Program-made: the position numbers and the translations under genes
In this document: positions 15,391 to 29,299 of the stretch, one piece after another
How the letters are laid out: each line of letters starts with the position of its first letter
Position numbering within the stretch: the first letter of the stretch is position 1
The notes under the pieces: model-generated
Told to the model about the DNA's origin: nothing
What the model saw: only the letters and a program-made list of their open reading frames with translations
Database searches by the model: none
From: the human T2T-CHM13v2.0 reference genome, Homo sapiens
Reading direction: 5' to 3' (one strand)
Length of the DNA stretch: 64,000 nucleotides
Assembly: GCF_009914755.1 (NCBI RefSeq)
Contig: NC_060933.1

Positions 15391-16269
15391 AGCCTTTGGG
15401 TCAGCTTCCTAGAACACTAACCCAGGCAGTGTGCAAGCATCCTTCCTCCCACCAAGTTTAGGGTCTTCATAAAGTGCTATCCCTGCCTGGCAGGATCTTG
15501 AACTAGAACTCATCCAAACACAGCATAACAGGGTGGCCTGTGATCCTCACCCACTTCTTACTCTTCTTTTTCTTAATAGGGAGAATTATCAGTGATGTCT
15601 CCATCAAACTCTCTCTCTTTTTCTTTCTCTCTCTCCTTCTCTCTCTCTTCAGCATTAAAAATTATCTATCCTCTTTTTCTCTTTTTACTGCTTAATTCTC
15701 CTTTATTAACTATTATGAAAAAGAAATAATAATGTAACTAAAATAATGTAGGTCATAACATCACCAAAGGGATAGAATACGGCAAAAGAAGCACATGAAA
15801 TAAGTGCTATTGCAGTTGAGGTCACCGGTAACTGGCATTTCACAAAACACCAAGGCCTCACAGAAAATGTGAAGGGCTGGTAAAACTAAAATAAATGGAG
15901 GATAGGAATGAACATCCTGGAAAACAAGGATGCCAACATTCTGAGCAAAGATGTATTAATATATAAATCATTTTTTTCCTCCTCTATTAGCAATGATTTT
16001 ACCCTTATGGCTTTAAGTAACCAATTCAATATTTGAAATGCTTATATTTCCTAAACATATTTATACATGTCTATTCTATTAAAGTTTTCTTCTATATTAA
16101 ATGTCAAAGAATAGTAGCATTCTCAAGTGGAGACATTTGCTTTAGCTAGGGTAATGACAAAACCTAGAGGGGAAAGTTGTCTCTTGCTTCTTCAGGCTTC
16201 TGAGGCAACAGAGGGACTGTTTTTATGTGCAAAACATAAAACCGTGAGCAAAAAATAGCAGAACTTAAT

Positions 16270-16380
16270 ATGGAATTTTGATATTTTGTGTCCTGCCACT
16301 AACTGGCCCATGACAGTGGCAGGCTCTTTTCATCTTTTTGGGTTTTGCTTTCCTCATCTGCAAAAGGAAGCAATAGTATC
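16270..16380. mobile_element. MIR fragment
   Basis: cctgccactaactggcccatgac...tttcctcatctgcaaaa. Confidence 0.6.
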
Positions 16381-16384
16381 TAAA

Positions 16385-16612
16385 CCAGGAGTCAGCAAAC
16401 TGCAATCAGTGAGCCACATCCAGCCACTGACTATTTTTATAAATAAAGTTTTATTGGCACACAACCACACCCACTTGTTTATGTCTTGTCTACGGCTGGT
16501 TTTGTTCTATAATGGCAGAATTGAAGAGATATGAGTAGTTGTGACAGAGACTGTGTGGCCTGTAAAGCTTTAAATATTTACTGTGTGGCCCAGTACACAA
16601 AAGTTTGCTCAG
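16385..16612. mobile_element. MER58A hAT-Charlie element
   Basis: caggagtcagcaaact...taaataaagttttattggcacacaaccacaccc...aaatatttactgtgtggccc...aaaagtttgct. Confidence 0.85.
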
Positions 16613-17884
16613 TATGGTTTCTGCCAACTCTCACATCATATGATACAGAGTATTACCCTACAAGAGGCTTAATTGTTGTCATTGGAGTACAGGTGTTAAG
16701 AGTTGAGTAAATGGCCTCAGCAAACCACCCCAATTTAAATATTTCATGCACCCTTAGTTGATTGCTTTTGCCACCCACAGCATTTTGACAATGAACCACA
16801 CACCAAATTGCTGCAACCAGTGCCAAGGAAACACAGTTTGAAAACAAAGCTTGCTTTCTGGTCCATGCCTTATGAAAATGTATGATGTGAATTGCTCTCA
16901 AATAAGGTGTGCGTTGTGCTGTGTCTCCGGCTTTGAATCCCAGAAACCACAACGTTCCTCAACTCAACCTCCTTCATAGAAGAGGGAGAGCTTGCCTTGC
17001 AAACCAGATGAACCAACTCTGACATTTTATTTATTTTTCTTTCTGGAAATGCTCACTCAAAGGGAAAAGTGTCCCCAAATTTTCTGCAGCTGCTGTCTGG
17101 ATCATTTTTTAAAAATATACTCAAGGAAGCTGCCTGGGTGGCCATAGAGAATGATTGAATCAGCCTGAATTTCACATATTGAATGCTTTGAACAGGTCTC
17201 AGTGATCAGATTATCACAGGGTCCTGACCATGTCTAGTAACCCTTTCACAATTGACTCCCTACTATTGCCTAACATCTGCTACAATACCAAAGGGAATTT
17301 CCTGGATGATTCTCTCCCCCCTTAACATTTAATCCAATGCACTGAAAGACAAGCAACTATTCCAGGTTTAGCATCAGAGAAGAATTCATTTAGAAAAATG
17401 TCAAAAACATAAAAATTCAATCACCAAGTGATTATTAGACACTAAACCTCAAAGTCTCAAAGAGATTCTAAATTTCACAAGGGTGCAGTTTCTCATCTTT
17501 TATATGTTTTTAAGGGGAGGTGTGCATGTTCTGTCAAACAGTGGCATAACCAAGATACCAATTTTGAATAATTAATAATGGCACATAAAATACAAAAAAT
17601 AACAACAGGTAAGAAAAGTCAATCATACTGGAAATTTGTAGCAGTTCAATAAAAAATGCTACTGGTGGATATTGAGACATGTTTATGAGTTCATTCCGAC
17701 CAACAGCTGGCCCTGTTTATTCTCTTACATCATAGAAGACATTGGACACTGGGGACAAACCCTTACAGGGTTTGGGGTAGGACCATTTCTTCATATATAT
17801 GTCACATTTCTATCTACTTTCTATGTTGAAATGTGATGCTGCAAGACAAATAAGCATTTTGGTAAGAAAACAGTTTGGAAAGTA

Positions 17885-18241
17885 CTTGTTTGCTCCAAAA
17901 TTCATGTTGAAACAATCTTGAATGCAATAGTAATAAGAAGTGGGGCCTTTATGAGGTGATTACGTCACAGGGGCTCCTCCCTCGTGAATGGGATAAATGC
18001 CCTTAAAAGGGAGGCTTCAAGCGGTATTCAGCCCTCTCTTTTGCCCTTCTGATCCTCCTGCCATGTGAAGATGCCTAGATGGCTCCATGTATAGGAAACA
18101 AGCTTTCATCAGACACCAAACTTGCAGGTGCCTTGATTTTGGACTTCCCAGCCTGTGGAACTTTGAGAAATAAATTTCTGTTGTTTATAAATGACCCAGT
18201 CTCAGGTATTTTTATAATAGCAGCACAAACAAACTAAGACA
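17885..18241 (+). mobile_element. MaLR solo LTR (MSTD/MLT1A-type)
   Basis: aaaattcatgttgaaa...ttggacttcccagcct...aataaatttctgttgtttataaatgacccagtctcagg...aactaagaca. Confidence 0.85.
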
Positions 18242-18589
18242 GAAAGTTTGGGGTATTTAGCTGAACAGACTATGCTTCTTGCTCCCATGAGACTGAGCAC
18301 TTTGTACACCTGTGCCCAGGAAGTGAATCCCTCCAATTCCTCTCTCGCAGAAGAAAAGAAGAAGAGAAGGAACAGGAGTGGGAATTTAAGAAAATAAATC
18401 ACAAACCACTTCAAATCTCTGCAAGCTCCACTTCCCACAGGAACATCCCCAGAATCTGAGGCTTTTCTTGTGTTGAGAAAGAGATGAGGGCAGGTCGTTG
18501 GGTTTCCCTGCAAGCATCCTTTTCCCACTTCCAGTGTAGGTACAGGGAAACTGACATTGACTAATGCAAATCAATATGCTTAAGTGGCA

Positions 18590-18765
18590 TGAATACATTA
18601 TTTCATATAATGCTTACAAAGCTGCAAAGTTGACATTATTATTTGATGATTATCCCTATTTCATAGGTGAGAAGATTTAGACTCAGACCAGGGAAACCGT
18701 CCACAGTAATATATTTAGCAATAGCAAACAAAAAAAAATTGATTTGTTTAGTTCCAAAATTCTTG
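18590..18765. mobile_element. MIR fragment
   Basis: attatccctatttcataggtgagaagatttagactcaga. Confidence 0.55.
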
Positions 18766-19416
18766 CCGGTCACATTACATCCCTCTATGAAGAGAAGTCC
18801 TCCTTTTCAGAGCCAAGCTTTCAAGCTCTCAAGATAAAACCATTACCACTCTCTTTTTTCCATAGAGAATGAGAGAACCCTCTGATGTGGAGTGAGCAGG
18901 ACCTGAAATTACTTCCAGAACTATCCTTGGCACACACCACAAAGCCCCAAAGCTTTGACTTGTAAGTTTCTATAGTCTTGCTGGTCATGCCCTGGAATGA
19001 CTCAGCAGGATCAAGACCAGTTACAAAATTTTACCACTTTTCTTTGTGCCCAGTCTAGAAAGATTTCTGAGAAGGGTTGTGATGTATCCCAAATGATATG
19101 CAGAAGTGTATGGGAGTGTAGGTGACTATGCTGCAGGTATGTTTTTTTGTCCAGTGTACACTTGTGAGGTCCTGGTCAACATAAAGAATAAAGACAGGTT
19201 GCCTCTTTGTTTTCACACTCAACTGTTCCCACTATGCTATGGCTAACTCTATGCTGCTCTCAAGGACACAGCTGTCTCTCCTCCATCATAATGTAAAGAT
19301 AAAGCCCACATGGAACTCAGCAAGGCAGATACACCAAAGACAGGAAGAATCTGAAATTGTGAAAAGTTCAAATTTTATATGTAGAAGTATATATCTTACA
19401 ATCCTATATAAAAGTT

Positions 19417-19417
<1 letters not shown>

Positions 19418-19447
<30 letters not shown>

Positions 19448-19456
19448 ATAGATATA
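19418..19456. repeat. (TA)n(GATA)n microsatellite
   Basis: Direct reading. Confidence 0.9.
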
Positions 19457-19699
19457 CATAATTACTTGAAAGTATTGTACACCTGCATACACATATGTAT
19501 TTGCATATATGTGCAGGCAAAGAAAGTACTGGAAAGTAGGCAGTTGAGATTTTCAAATGCTTTGAATGGCTATTTTAATGAAGAGCTAAGAATGATTTAC
19601 AAAGTTTAGTTCTTCTAAAGTACTTGAAAGCAATTTCTTCTCAATGGTAGGTAAGGAATCCCTGTTTTTGATCTTGTTTCACTCACTTTTTTTTAGAAA

Positions 19700-20002
19700 A
19701 CTTTAAATATAATATACATATAAATAAGATGATGCAGCATTTGTTTTTCTGTATCTGGCTTATTTCGCTTAGCATAATATCCTCTATGTCCACCCACTTT
19801 GTTGCAAATGACTCAATTTCCGTTCTTTTTAAGGCTGAATGGTATCCCATTGTGCATACAATGTTCACCAGAGGCTTGGGTAGGAGGAGGAAAGAAATAG
19901 ATAGTTACTGGTCAAAGGATAAAAAATGTCAGAGAGACAGGAGGAATAAATTTGAGATCTATTGTACATCAGGATAACTATAGTCAAGAAAAAATAATGT
20001 AC
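19700..20002. mobile_element. Old L1MA 3'-end fragment with internal inversion (about 19700-19862 minus, 19863-20002 plus)
   Basis: Minus ORF TMGYHSALKRTEIESFATKWVDIEDIMLSEISQIQKNK is the L1 ORF2 C-terminus; it is followed by sense L1MA 3'UTR ccagaggctt...acaggaggaataaattt..gagatctattgtaca. Confidence 0.75.
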
Positions 20003-20629
20003 ATAAAGGCATTTAGTCAAAAGTGGATTATCTAATTCCAGACTTGTGAGAACTTACAGAAATGAAGGCATATCTGAGAAAGTATTTGCAAATAACCACT
20101 ACTTCACTATTCCAAAATTAATGTCCAAAAGGCCTCTCTGATTATCCAAATCCAGAGAAAATAAATTTTGAATACATAATACAAGGATATCCTTGTAAAA
20201 AGTGATGGCAGCTGCCCCTGCACAGAGAAATGGAGGGGCTTAGAGAGAGAATTACATATTTATATACTTTTGTGTCTGTTAAATTTTGAATCAGGTGTTT
20301 TCCCTATTCAAAAAAAATGGAAATTAACATCTTTTAAAATTACTATTCAGTGTTACTATTTTTACTTAATCTCTCTTTGACAAGCCATTTATCTTACATT
20401 TATTCTCCTCATGTATTTGCCATGACTTCCAAAATCTTCAAGAAATCTCATTGCTTCGTTTTTATCTCTGCACCATGTTCATTTCTCCTCACTCATATGT
20501 TGCACCAAAAATATTCTTCAGCACTTTTCATGTTTTTATGCTGCATGTCTACATTTGGATTATGGTTTTCCAGGGAGATTGCAAAGGGAGGTAATATGAG
20601 TGTTAGTTCTCATTGACAGCCTACGTTAG

Positions 20630-20830
20630 AATTTTAGCTCCTGCCTCTTACTAATTTTATATCCATGGTCACATAACTAAAAATCTCTAATACTCAGTTC
20701 CTTCATTTTGAAAAGAGGATAATAATAGTAATAATATCTTGTTGTGTTGTCAAAATATTAAATAGTACATGTAAAATACTTTGCCTAGTACTCTGTACAC
20801 TGTATTCACTCAATAAATAATTATTTTTAT
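20630..20830. mobile_element. MIR fragment
   Basis: ctcagttccttcattttgaaaagaggataataatagta...cactcaataaata. Confidence 0.7.
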
Positions 20831-20924
20831 GCCTTTGGGTGTAGTACACTCTGTAATTCTCACTTCAAATTCTTACATTTCAAGAAATCATGTTGTTAGT
20901 TTAAAAATTGGGTCTGACTGAAGC

Positions 20925-21725
20925 GAGTCATACAGGAGGCCAACACACATATTTAAAAAAAAAAATCCCAGTATCACTGATCATTGAAGAAATGCAAATC
21001 AAAACCACAATGGGATACTATCTCACACTAGTCAGGACATCTATTATTAAAAAGTCAAAAAATAACCGATGCTGGCGAGGTTGTAGAGAAAAAGGAACAC
21101 TTATAAATTGTGGGAGTGTAAATTACTTCAACCATTGTGGAAAGCATTGTGGCTATTCCTCAAAGTGCTAAAAACAGAACTACCATTTGACCCAGCAATA
21201 CTATTACTGGGTTTATACTCCCAAAATACAAATCATTCTACCATAAAGACCCATGCAGCACTATTCACAATAGCAAACGTGGAATCAAACTAAATGCCCA
21301 TAAATGGCAGATTGGACAAAGTATATGCGGTACATATACACTATACACTACAGAATACAATGCAGCCTTTAAAATAACTAGATTATGTCCTTTGCAGGAA
21401 CACAGATGGAGCTGTAGGCCATTATCTTTAGCAGCCTAACACAGAAACAGAACAGCAAATACTGCATGTTCTCACTGATAAGTGGGAGCTAAATGATAAG
21501 AACACATGGACACAAAGAGAGGAACAACAGACACTGGAGCCTACTTGAGGCTGGAGGGTGGGAGGAGGGAAAGGATCAGAAGAAGTAACTATTGGGTACT
21601 AGGCTTAGTACCTGGCTGATGAAGTAATCTGTACAACAAACCCCCATGATATGAATTTACTTATATAACAAACCTGCACATGTAGCCTTGAACCTAAAAT
21701 AATTTTTTAAAATAAAAATTAAAAA
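20925..21725 (+). mobile_element. 5'-truncated L1 (L1PA13-like) ORF2 end and 3'UTR
   Basis: [13 protein letters not shown]...KKSKNNRCWRGC; 3'UTR taactattgggtactaggcttagtacctgg...aacctaaaataa and A-rich tail. Confidence 0.9.
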
Positions 21726-21735
21726 GTCATATATA

Positions 21736-22024
<289 letters not shown>

Positions 22025-25000
22025 GGTCATATACAGACAGTGATGGGAATTGGAAAACATGGGCAAATGATAGTTGTCATCTAGAGATTACATTTCTTCT
22101 ATTAATTCCCCCACAACAAAACAAAAAGGGAAACATGTAAAAACCAGATAAGAATATCCCCTTCTGCCTTGTTTTTTCTTGAGTTGCTTTCTTGATATGT
22201 TGCCAACCAGAGTATGGAATCTAGGTTCTGTCAGTTAGGCGCTGTGTTCACCCTGAGTTTTCCTCCACGGTCTTTTGGTTTTGATCTTTGTTTCTCAGTG
22301 CTCCCAATTATTTAGAAATAATTCCCAGCCATAACCCAGCCTCCATCATTAGCCATTTGCCTGTCTGGCAAGACCTGCTCCAAAGAGGAAGTGAGTGGAA
22401 ATGCTTTCATGGTTTGAGTCAGTAAACTTTTACTGAATGTCCAACACATGCTGAGTGGTATTCTCCAGCAGCATGGGGTGCACGCCTACATCCTAGACAT
22501 AAAAGAAATAATAGATCTGGCTCCATTCCACTGTAGTCTTATATAAAGTCAAAATGAAATACAGAAAAGCAAACTTCATAATATACATGGATGAACTTTG
22601 TCTTGTGCAACATTGGGTTGACATATACAAACTGGGCCAGGCTCTTGCTTTCTCCTCTTTCTCCTGTTTCTCAGCAAATGCTTGACCCATCATTTCTGAT
22701 TGAAATATGTTTTTCTGGCAGGAAGATCATCTGGCACACATATTTTGACCAATTCTCAAATAAAATAAATGGGTTTGCCTCAACCTCATGTGTGGAACAG
22801 ACCGTGGGTGGTCATTCTGAATTTGGACTCCAGGGCAGGAAACACCCAGCTTGTGCTTTTCAAAGTGCTAAGCAGTCAACTAACTAATTACACTCAGATA
22901 TATTCTTTTAATCTCCATGGCAGGACAATTCAGCACTGCTAGATCCAAATTGTATTGCACCCAGATCTGGGAACGTGTGAAATGGCCATACATAAGAACA
23001 TACATAAGTAACAAAAGAGAATTTTAAAATATATGGGCAATGAAGCATAATTGTGCCTCTTGTACCAGTCACAGATCCTGACCCTTATATCCGCATTCAC
23101 TTCATAGACTCGCTAGTGATCTTGAATGCAGTCAAGAAAAAGCAAACATTTTACATCCCCTGATAGAAAGCAAAGGAACATCTTGTTCTGCTTGCTGAAA
23201 CTTGGCTGTTATACCCAACAGTAAAATGTTCACAGGCGGACTGTGTAGGAAGAACACCTGAATTCTGGGGAAAAGCATCATTCATCACTTTTTTGCTTTA
23301 AATACTCAGAAATATTTTTTCTATCATCTTGTGCCTTTTTATAGGCTGTTAATGATGGGAGAACCTGATTAAATGCAGGCAGGCTTTCACATTTAGAATG
23401 GATAAGAGAAAGGGAACGAATGCTAAACATGTGTCATGCACTACCAGCCAGGGCCCAGCTTTTTATTATGTTTTATAAACTTTCAGATTGACATTGAGTT
23501 GGAAGAGCATTCACATTTACATAAACGTGCCTTATTTTGCACACAATTGCTACTAATAATAAACAGTGAATGGTTGAACTAATTCCTTTACTCCTTGTGG
23601 AAAAGATTAACTTTCCTGCCATTTGTTTAATATTTGCTGGAAATTGGGAATTCCAAAGGTCATGAAGTACAATTTCCCAAATATTCAAAGCCCAGATGTC
23701 TATTAAAGAATGCAGAAGCCTTATAGATCAGGACATCTTCTTCCATGGGAGATGCTTTGGGAGTGTCAGGTTTGACGTTGTTTTAGCTATTCACATGGCC
23801 ACAGAGTTCCCAAATGAGCACCAACATGCCTGCAGCAGCCAACTCACAGAAGCACTGGAGGATATTTTCAATTTTGATATTTCAATTTCTTTGATATTTT
23901 CAAGGAAATTGAATTGAATTCAATTCAATTCAAACCCAGCAACAGCTGTCTAACACCACACAAACTAGTACTATTAAGTTGTTTGGACCTCACTATTAAA
24001 AACAATAATAATAACAGAATGGTCAGGCATTTCTTATGGGTTAGAAGTGCCATGAGAAAAACTACTGAGACATTAGGGTGTCAGGAAATCAGAAAGTTTG
24101 GGAACCTCTAACCTCTCATTTATATGAAGCCTAAATTCAAGAACATGAGCTTATATATGGTGTCTAACACATTCTATATGCCAGAAAGCATATTATGGGG
24201 AGTAGAGGAACCTTAATTTATATAACACTAATGAAAAAATATCACAGAATAGGGTCTCAGCTCTCTCTTGTTCTCTATGCTGATTGCTATTTCCAACATC
24301 CTAAGGATTCCCCTTGAAAGAATGACCAAACAGTTCTTGGCAGGGAGGAGCCATGGAATCTGGACTTTGTGTTGTTTGCTGTTTAACAGAGGGGGATTTG
24401 AAAATAGAAGTGAGATCACATCTGTTGCTCTCATTTCATCTTTTTTCTGTAATGCAATTCTTGAGGAGCTTGTGCAGTGCCTTTGAAACAACTTGCTCTA
24501 ACAAGAATTGCGCGAGGCCGTGGATGCCAATAGTGTAACAAGGAAAATGTTCAGTGCAGCCCTCCAGAAGAGTCGAGGAGACTGGCAAGAACTATCAAGC
24601 TCTAGAGGGAAATGATCTGTTTAAGAAGCAAGGAATTTGGGGATTAGGAAACTTGTGGAAGTATGTATAATTATAGGGTATAATATGTAGATCTAGAATA
24701 TCAGGACTCATGGCTAAAATAGAAAAGACTTTGGCCACAATCCTTTATGGATAGCTGATTGAATTGGGACACTAGGATGTAAACATTGTCAGTTTGTCAA
24801 GGAAGCGTAGGTAGGGGAAAAATACCTGTGGGCAGAGGCAAACATAATCTTCATGTGCCCATCGTGGAGTCTGTTGAAGGATTAACCTGCCTCTTTTGCC
24901 TTACAAGGGCGACTTAATGAGCCACTCATTCTTTATAGTTAATTCTACAACATCTTTGGAAAAGAAAAAATAATGTGACTAATTTCAACCTCGATCATAC

Positions 25001-25169
25001 TCTTGTAGTTCTGTCCCAAAGACAAGAACTGAATAATAATATTCTAGCATCAAGACTGTTAAGGGAGAATCATACCAAGCATTGGGCATGTGACATCAAT
25101 CTCTTTCTCTGGGCCCTTCTCTGCTGAACCTCTAAATGTGCCCCAGGTCCTATGACTCCCTTTGCTCCA

Positions 25170-26270
25170 GGGTCAACTTCTCTCTAGAAATTTCATTCAT
25201 CTTTCCCTTATGGCTTTAAGGGATACTCATCTACTGCTAAAATATGTATTTATTTCTCTAACCCAGATCTCTTTCCTAGACTCCAAATTCATATATCCAA
25301 TCATCTATTAAACTGTCTCTACCTGGATATCCAATAAATGTTCCAAACTCAACATCTGAAAATAGACTTCTGGATTCTCAGATCCAAAACCTGCTCCTCT
25401 CCCAGTCAGTGTAAATGGCATTCCCACCACTCAGTTGTTCAAACCCAAAGCTTATTGATTTCTGTCATTCTTTTATTCCATAAGGCCATTCCACCCACAA
25501 ATTCTTTTGATTCTTCTGCTTAAACCTCTCATAATCTCTCCACTTCTCTTCCTGCCATCTGCCACCAGCCATTATCTCTTTCCTGGCTCTATAGGCCTTG
25601 AAACTCACATCTCTTCCTCCATTCTGTCCTCCCCCATCCAATTTTCTACACATAATCTTTAAAACATAATTAATTTCATTTCACCTCTCTATGCAAATCC
25701 TGTGATGGCTTCCAAATGCATTAGAATGCAACTGGAACTCTGTAACCACAACTGAGGAGCCTATACGATTTATCTCTACCAACTATCCAAACCCATGTGT
25801 TATCAATCTCCCCTTCACTCTCCTTCAATCTCTTCAATGCCATGCTCATATATATCTTTTCTCTTTTCTTCAAAGACACCACCATGTTCCCTCCTTCAGG
25901 ACTTTTAGTGCCTGCGTTATCTTCCTGAAATGCTTTGGCCTCAGTTCTTCACATGCCTGGCTCCTTCTTGCCACTTAGGTCTCATTTTAAATGTTATCCT
26001 TTTTTGTGTGGTCTTTTCTGTCCAACCAATTTCACAAATTTTTGTCACTTCCTATCATCATCACAAAGCAATAATCACCACTTGAATACCTATTTATTTA
26101 TTTATGTAGTTGGTATATCTATTATCTGTCTTACTCCTACTGAAATATAAGCTTCAGAATTATAGGAAATCATCTTCTCATTCAATACTCTATGACACAG
26201 CATGCTGCCCAGCAAATGGTAAATGCTCCGTACATATTTATTGAAAAATTTTAAACTAATGAATGGGTAT
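25170..26270 (+). mobile_element. L2 LINE 3' region
   Basis: cccagatctctttcctagactccaaattcatatatccaa...aaactcaacatctgaaa...tgcccagcaaatggtaaatgctccgtacatattta...taatgaatg. Confidence 0.8.
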
Positions 26271-26463
26271 TTCCAGCTAGCTCTCCCATTTTGTTGCTAG
26301 TTATGTATGTCTTCTACAGTGGTCACTTGTGGACATGATAACTAAAGCTCACTTCTCTTCAGACTTACACAAATAAGAATAACTACGTAATAGAAGATGA
26401 GAAAAGAAAATTGAAAATGGTACTGCAATTCCAGCTTAAATTTAAATAGTTGGCTGTATTTTA

Positions 26464-26807
<344 letters not shown>

Positions 26808-27114
26808 TTATATCTGATAAATGACTAAGACAAACATATTCAATTAAAAATGTATATTTCTTCAATTAGGAAACAGTTCTTACATATTTATTAGAAATTT
26901 TTCTAAACTAATTTCACAGGCTTTGATACAATACACAGAACTGGTTGTTTATTTTTATCTATATTTTAAAAGATTAACAGAATTAACTTAAACACATTTA
27001 AGTAGCTTCTATGTGCTACCCTCCTCAGGGTTGGGGATGTAAATAGTAGTATAGGATTGTGTTACGTCAAATTAAACTATTGTGTTTCTTAGACATTTTA
27101 AGAATGTTTATTGG

Positions 27115-27412
27115 GGCCAGGAATGGTGGCTCACACCTGTGATCACAGCACTTTTGGAGGCCGAGGCAGGTGAATCATTTAAGACCAGGAGTTGGAGACC
27201 AGCCTGACCAACATGGTGAAACCTCATCTCTACTAAAAACAAACAAAAATTAGCCAGGCATGGTAGTGCACTGCTATAATCCCAGGTACTTGGGAGGCTG
27301 AGGCAGGAGAATTATGTGAACCCATGAGGCGGAGGTTGCAGTGAGCCAAGATCACGTCACTGCGCTCCAGCCTGGGCGACACACCCAGACTCCGTCTCAA
27401 AAGAAAAAAAAA
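27115..27412 (+). mobile_element. AluS
   Basis: Full dimer; perfect 15-bp TSD aagaatgtttattgg at 27100-27114 and 27413-27427. Confidence 0.95.
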
Positions 27413-29299
27413 AAGAATGTTTATTGGCATGTTTATTACTCTGCTTGAATAAAGTGTTACTTGATTCTTTTTTTTAATTACCTAAGTTAGGTTAAAATTT
27501 TTAACATATGTCTTTAAAGCTTTTACAATTAAGATATTTCAAGTGCATAACTCAAAAAGTTTATGAAATTTTTGGTTTGGGGTATGATTTTTTAAAAACC
27601 CTGCTTTTTTCAATTCCTAGAATGGTAATAAACAACTTATATCAATATTTAGCTTCAAGAGTGTCAAGCAGTCATAAATTCCCCCTTGCTTTCATTTTAC
27701 TAGATATTTGCTGCCTAAATAGGTGATTTTCCAGCCCACTGAAGCCTATACATTTGAGCATTTCATAATTTTACTAATTGGTGTATAAAAAATTATGAAA
27801 TTTATGATTTCCTTATTTATTCCCTCAAAGAAAGAACATGTATTTCTTATTCTCTGAGTTCTCAAAAGTAAGCATTTCCCTAAGTACTGCTGGTATTTTG
27901 CCCAAACCCTTAACTATTTCCTGTGGATTTGAAATGAGTTATCTGTTTAGTAAGTGTCAATGTTTCTCAATTGAATGAGGCTAATCTTTGAATAGGACTC
28001 AAGAATGAGAGATTTGGCCTTTTCTGCCATCTCTACCACAGAGAAGTAGAAGGCAACCAAGATCTAAATGGAGGCGCAGGTGTAAATATCACACCCACTT
28101 ACCTAGCAGACTTTACCCATACCTCCGATATAACTATGTCAATCATATAGGCGGCATTTACATGTCCACCTATGTCAATTATTTGCCAATCTCTTAATAG
28201 GTTCTGAATCTGGATAGGGCAGAGGAGTTTTACTGATTGAATGCTGTCAAAACCTATCATCCTGTTTATAGGCCTGGAACATTGAGAAATAGATAAGGAG
28301 TGAAATTGGGGGAGACAAAATAATGTTCAATGTTTGAGGTTTGTCCTTAAATGAGGCTAGGATATAAGGCTTTATACCTTAAGCTTTTGCAAGTATGGAC
28401 CAAGAAAGTTCTTGATCTTGACATTTGCAGCATCTTATATTGTTCCATGCAGTCAGTTATTAAAATGGTGTGGTTTGCTTTTTAAGTGATATGGTTTAAA
28501 AGCACAGCTTTAGGACTGGTTTCAGCAAACAGTGGTCACATGTTATTTTGACTTTGGTGGATTACTGCAGGTCATCATGACTTTGTTCATACCAGTGGCT
28601 ATTCATGGGCAGGTAAATGGCTGTTCTGATACAGCCTCAGGCTTCTTAGAAACACATGCTGCTTACGGAAATATTTCATTATAGAAAAAAAGAGCTTTTA
28701 AAATTTTTAATGAGTTGGAATGTTTTCTTTCTGCAGTTTACTGTGTTTCTCAGCCAAATATGGGGTGTGTGGGAGACCGGGAACTTCAATCTTGAGAGAG
28801 CTGAGTGTTTTAATCATTATAAGGTCCTACTGATATTGTAGTCATAAATGGTTGAACTTCCAATTTCAGCTACAATACTTCTAGTTTCAGCTCCAACATG
28901 TAAAGTACTTTGAAACTGTCACTCCCAACTTTACAACAAGGGAAAAAGCTTGACAAACTGAAAAATGACTTTTCTTGGATCTATCAGAGAATAGAAGTCT
29001 CAGAGTAGACCACCACTGTGAAATCTACAGAAACAGGCAAGATGAATAGTCACAGCCAAGAATTGTTTATCCAGAGCAGAACCTACTGGGCCATAAACTG
29101 GTAGGAACACTGAAATGGCAGTTTAGACAAATCGCTGGAGGCTGAGTGTGGACATCCTGGGAGCCATGGTCTTAGAGGATTCCTCACTTCTGTGGGTTTC
29201 ACCTCCAGGAACCAAACCAGGTGCTCACCATGAAGAGTCAAAAAAGATTTCCTCTGCAACAGAGGGAAAAAGTAATCCTTGTGAAATATACCAAAGTGT

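Noticed and set aside
28561-28620. 42-nt + strand exon-like segment (cag|...cag|gtaaat)
   Set aside because: Poor pyrimidine tract, weak donor and unrecognised peptide.
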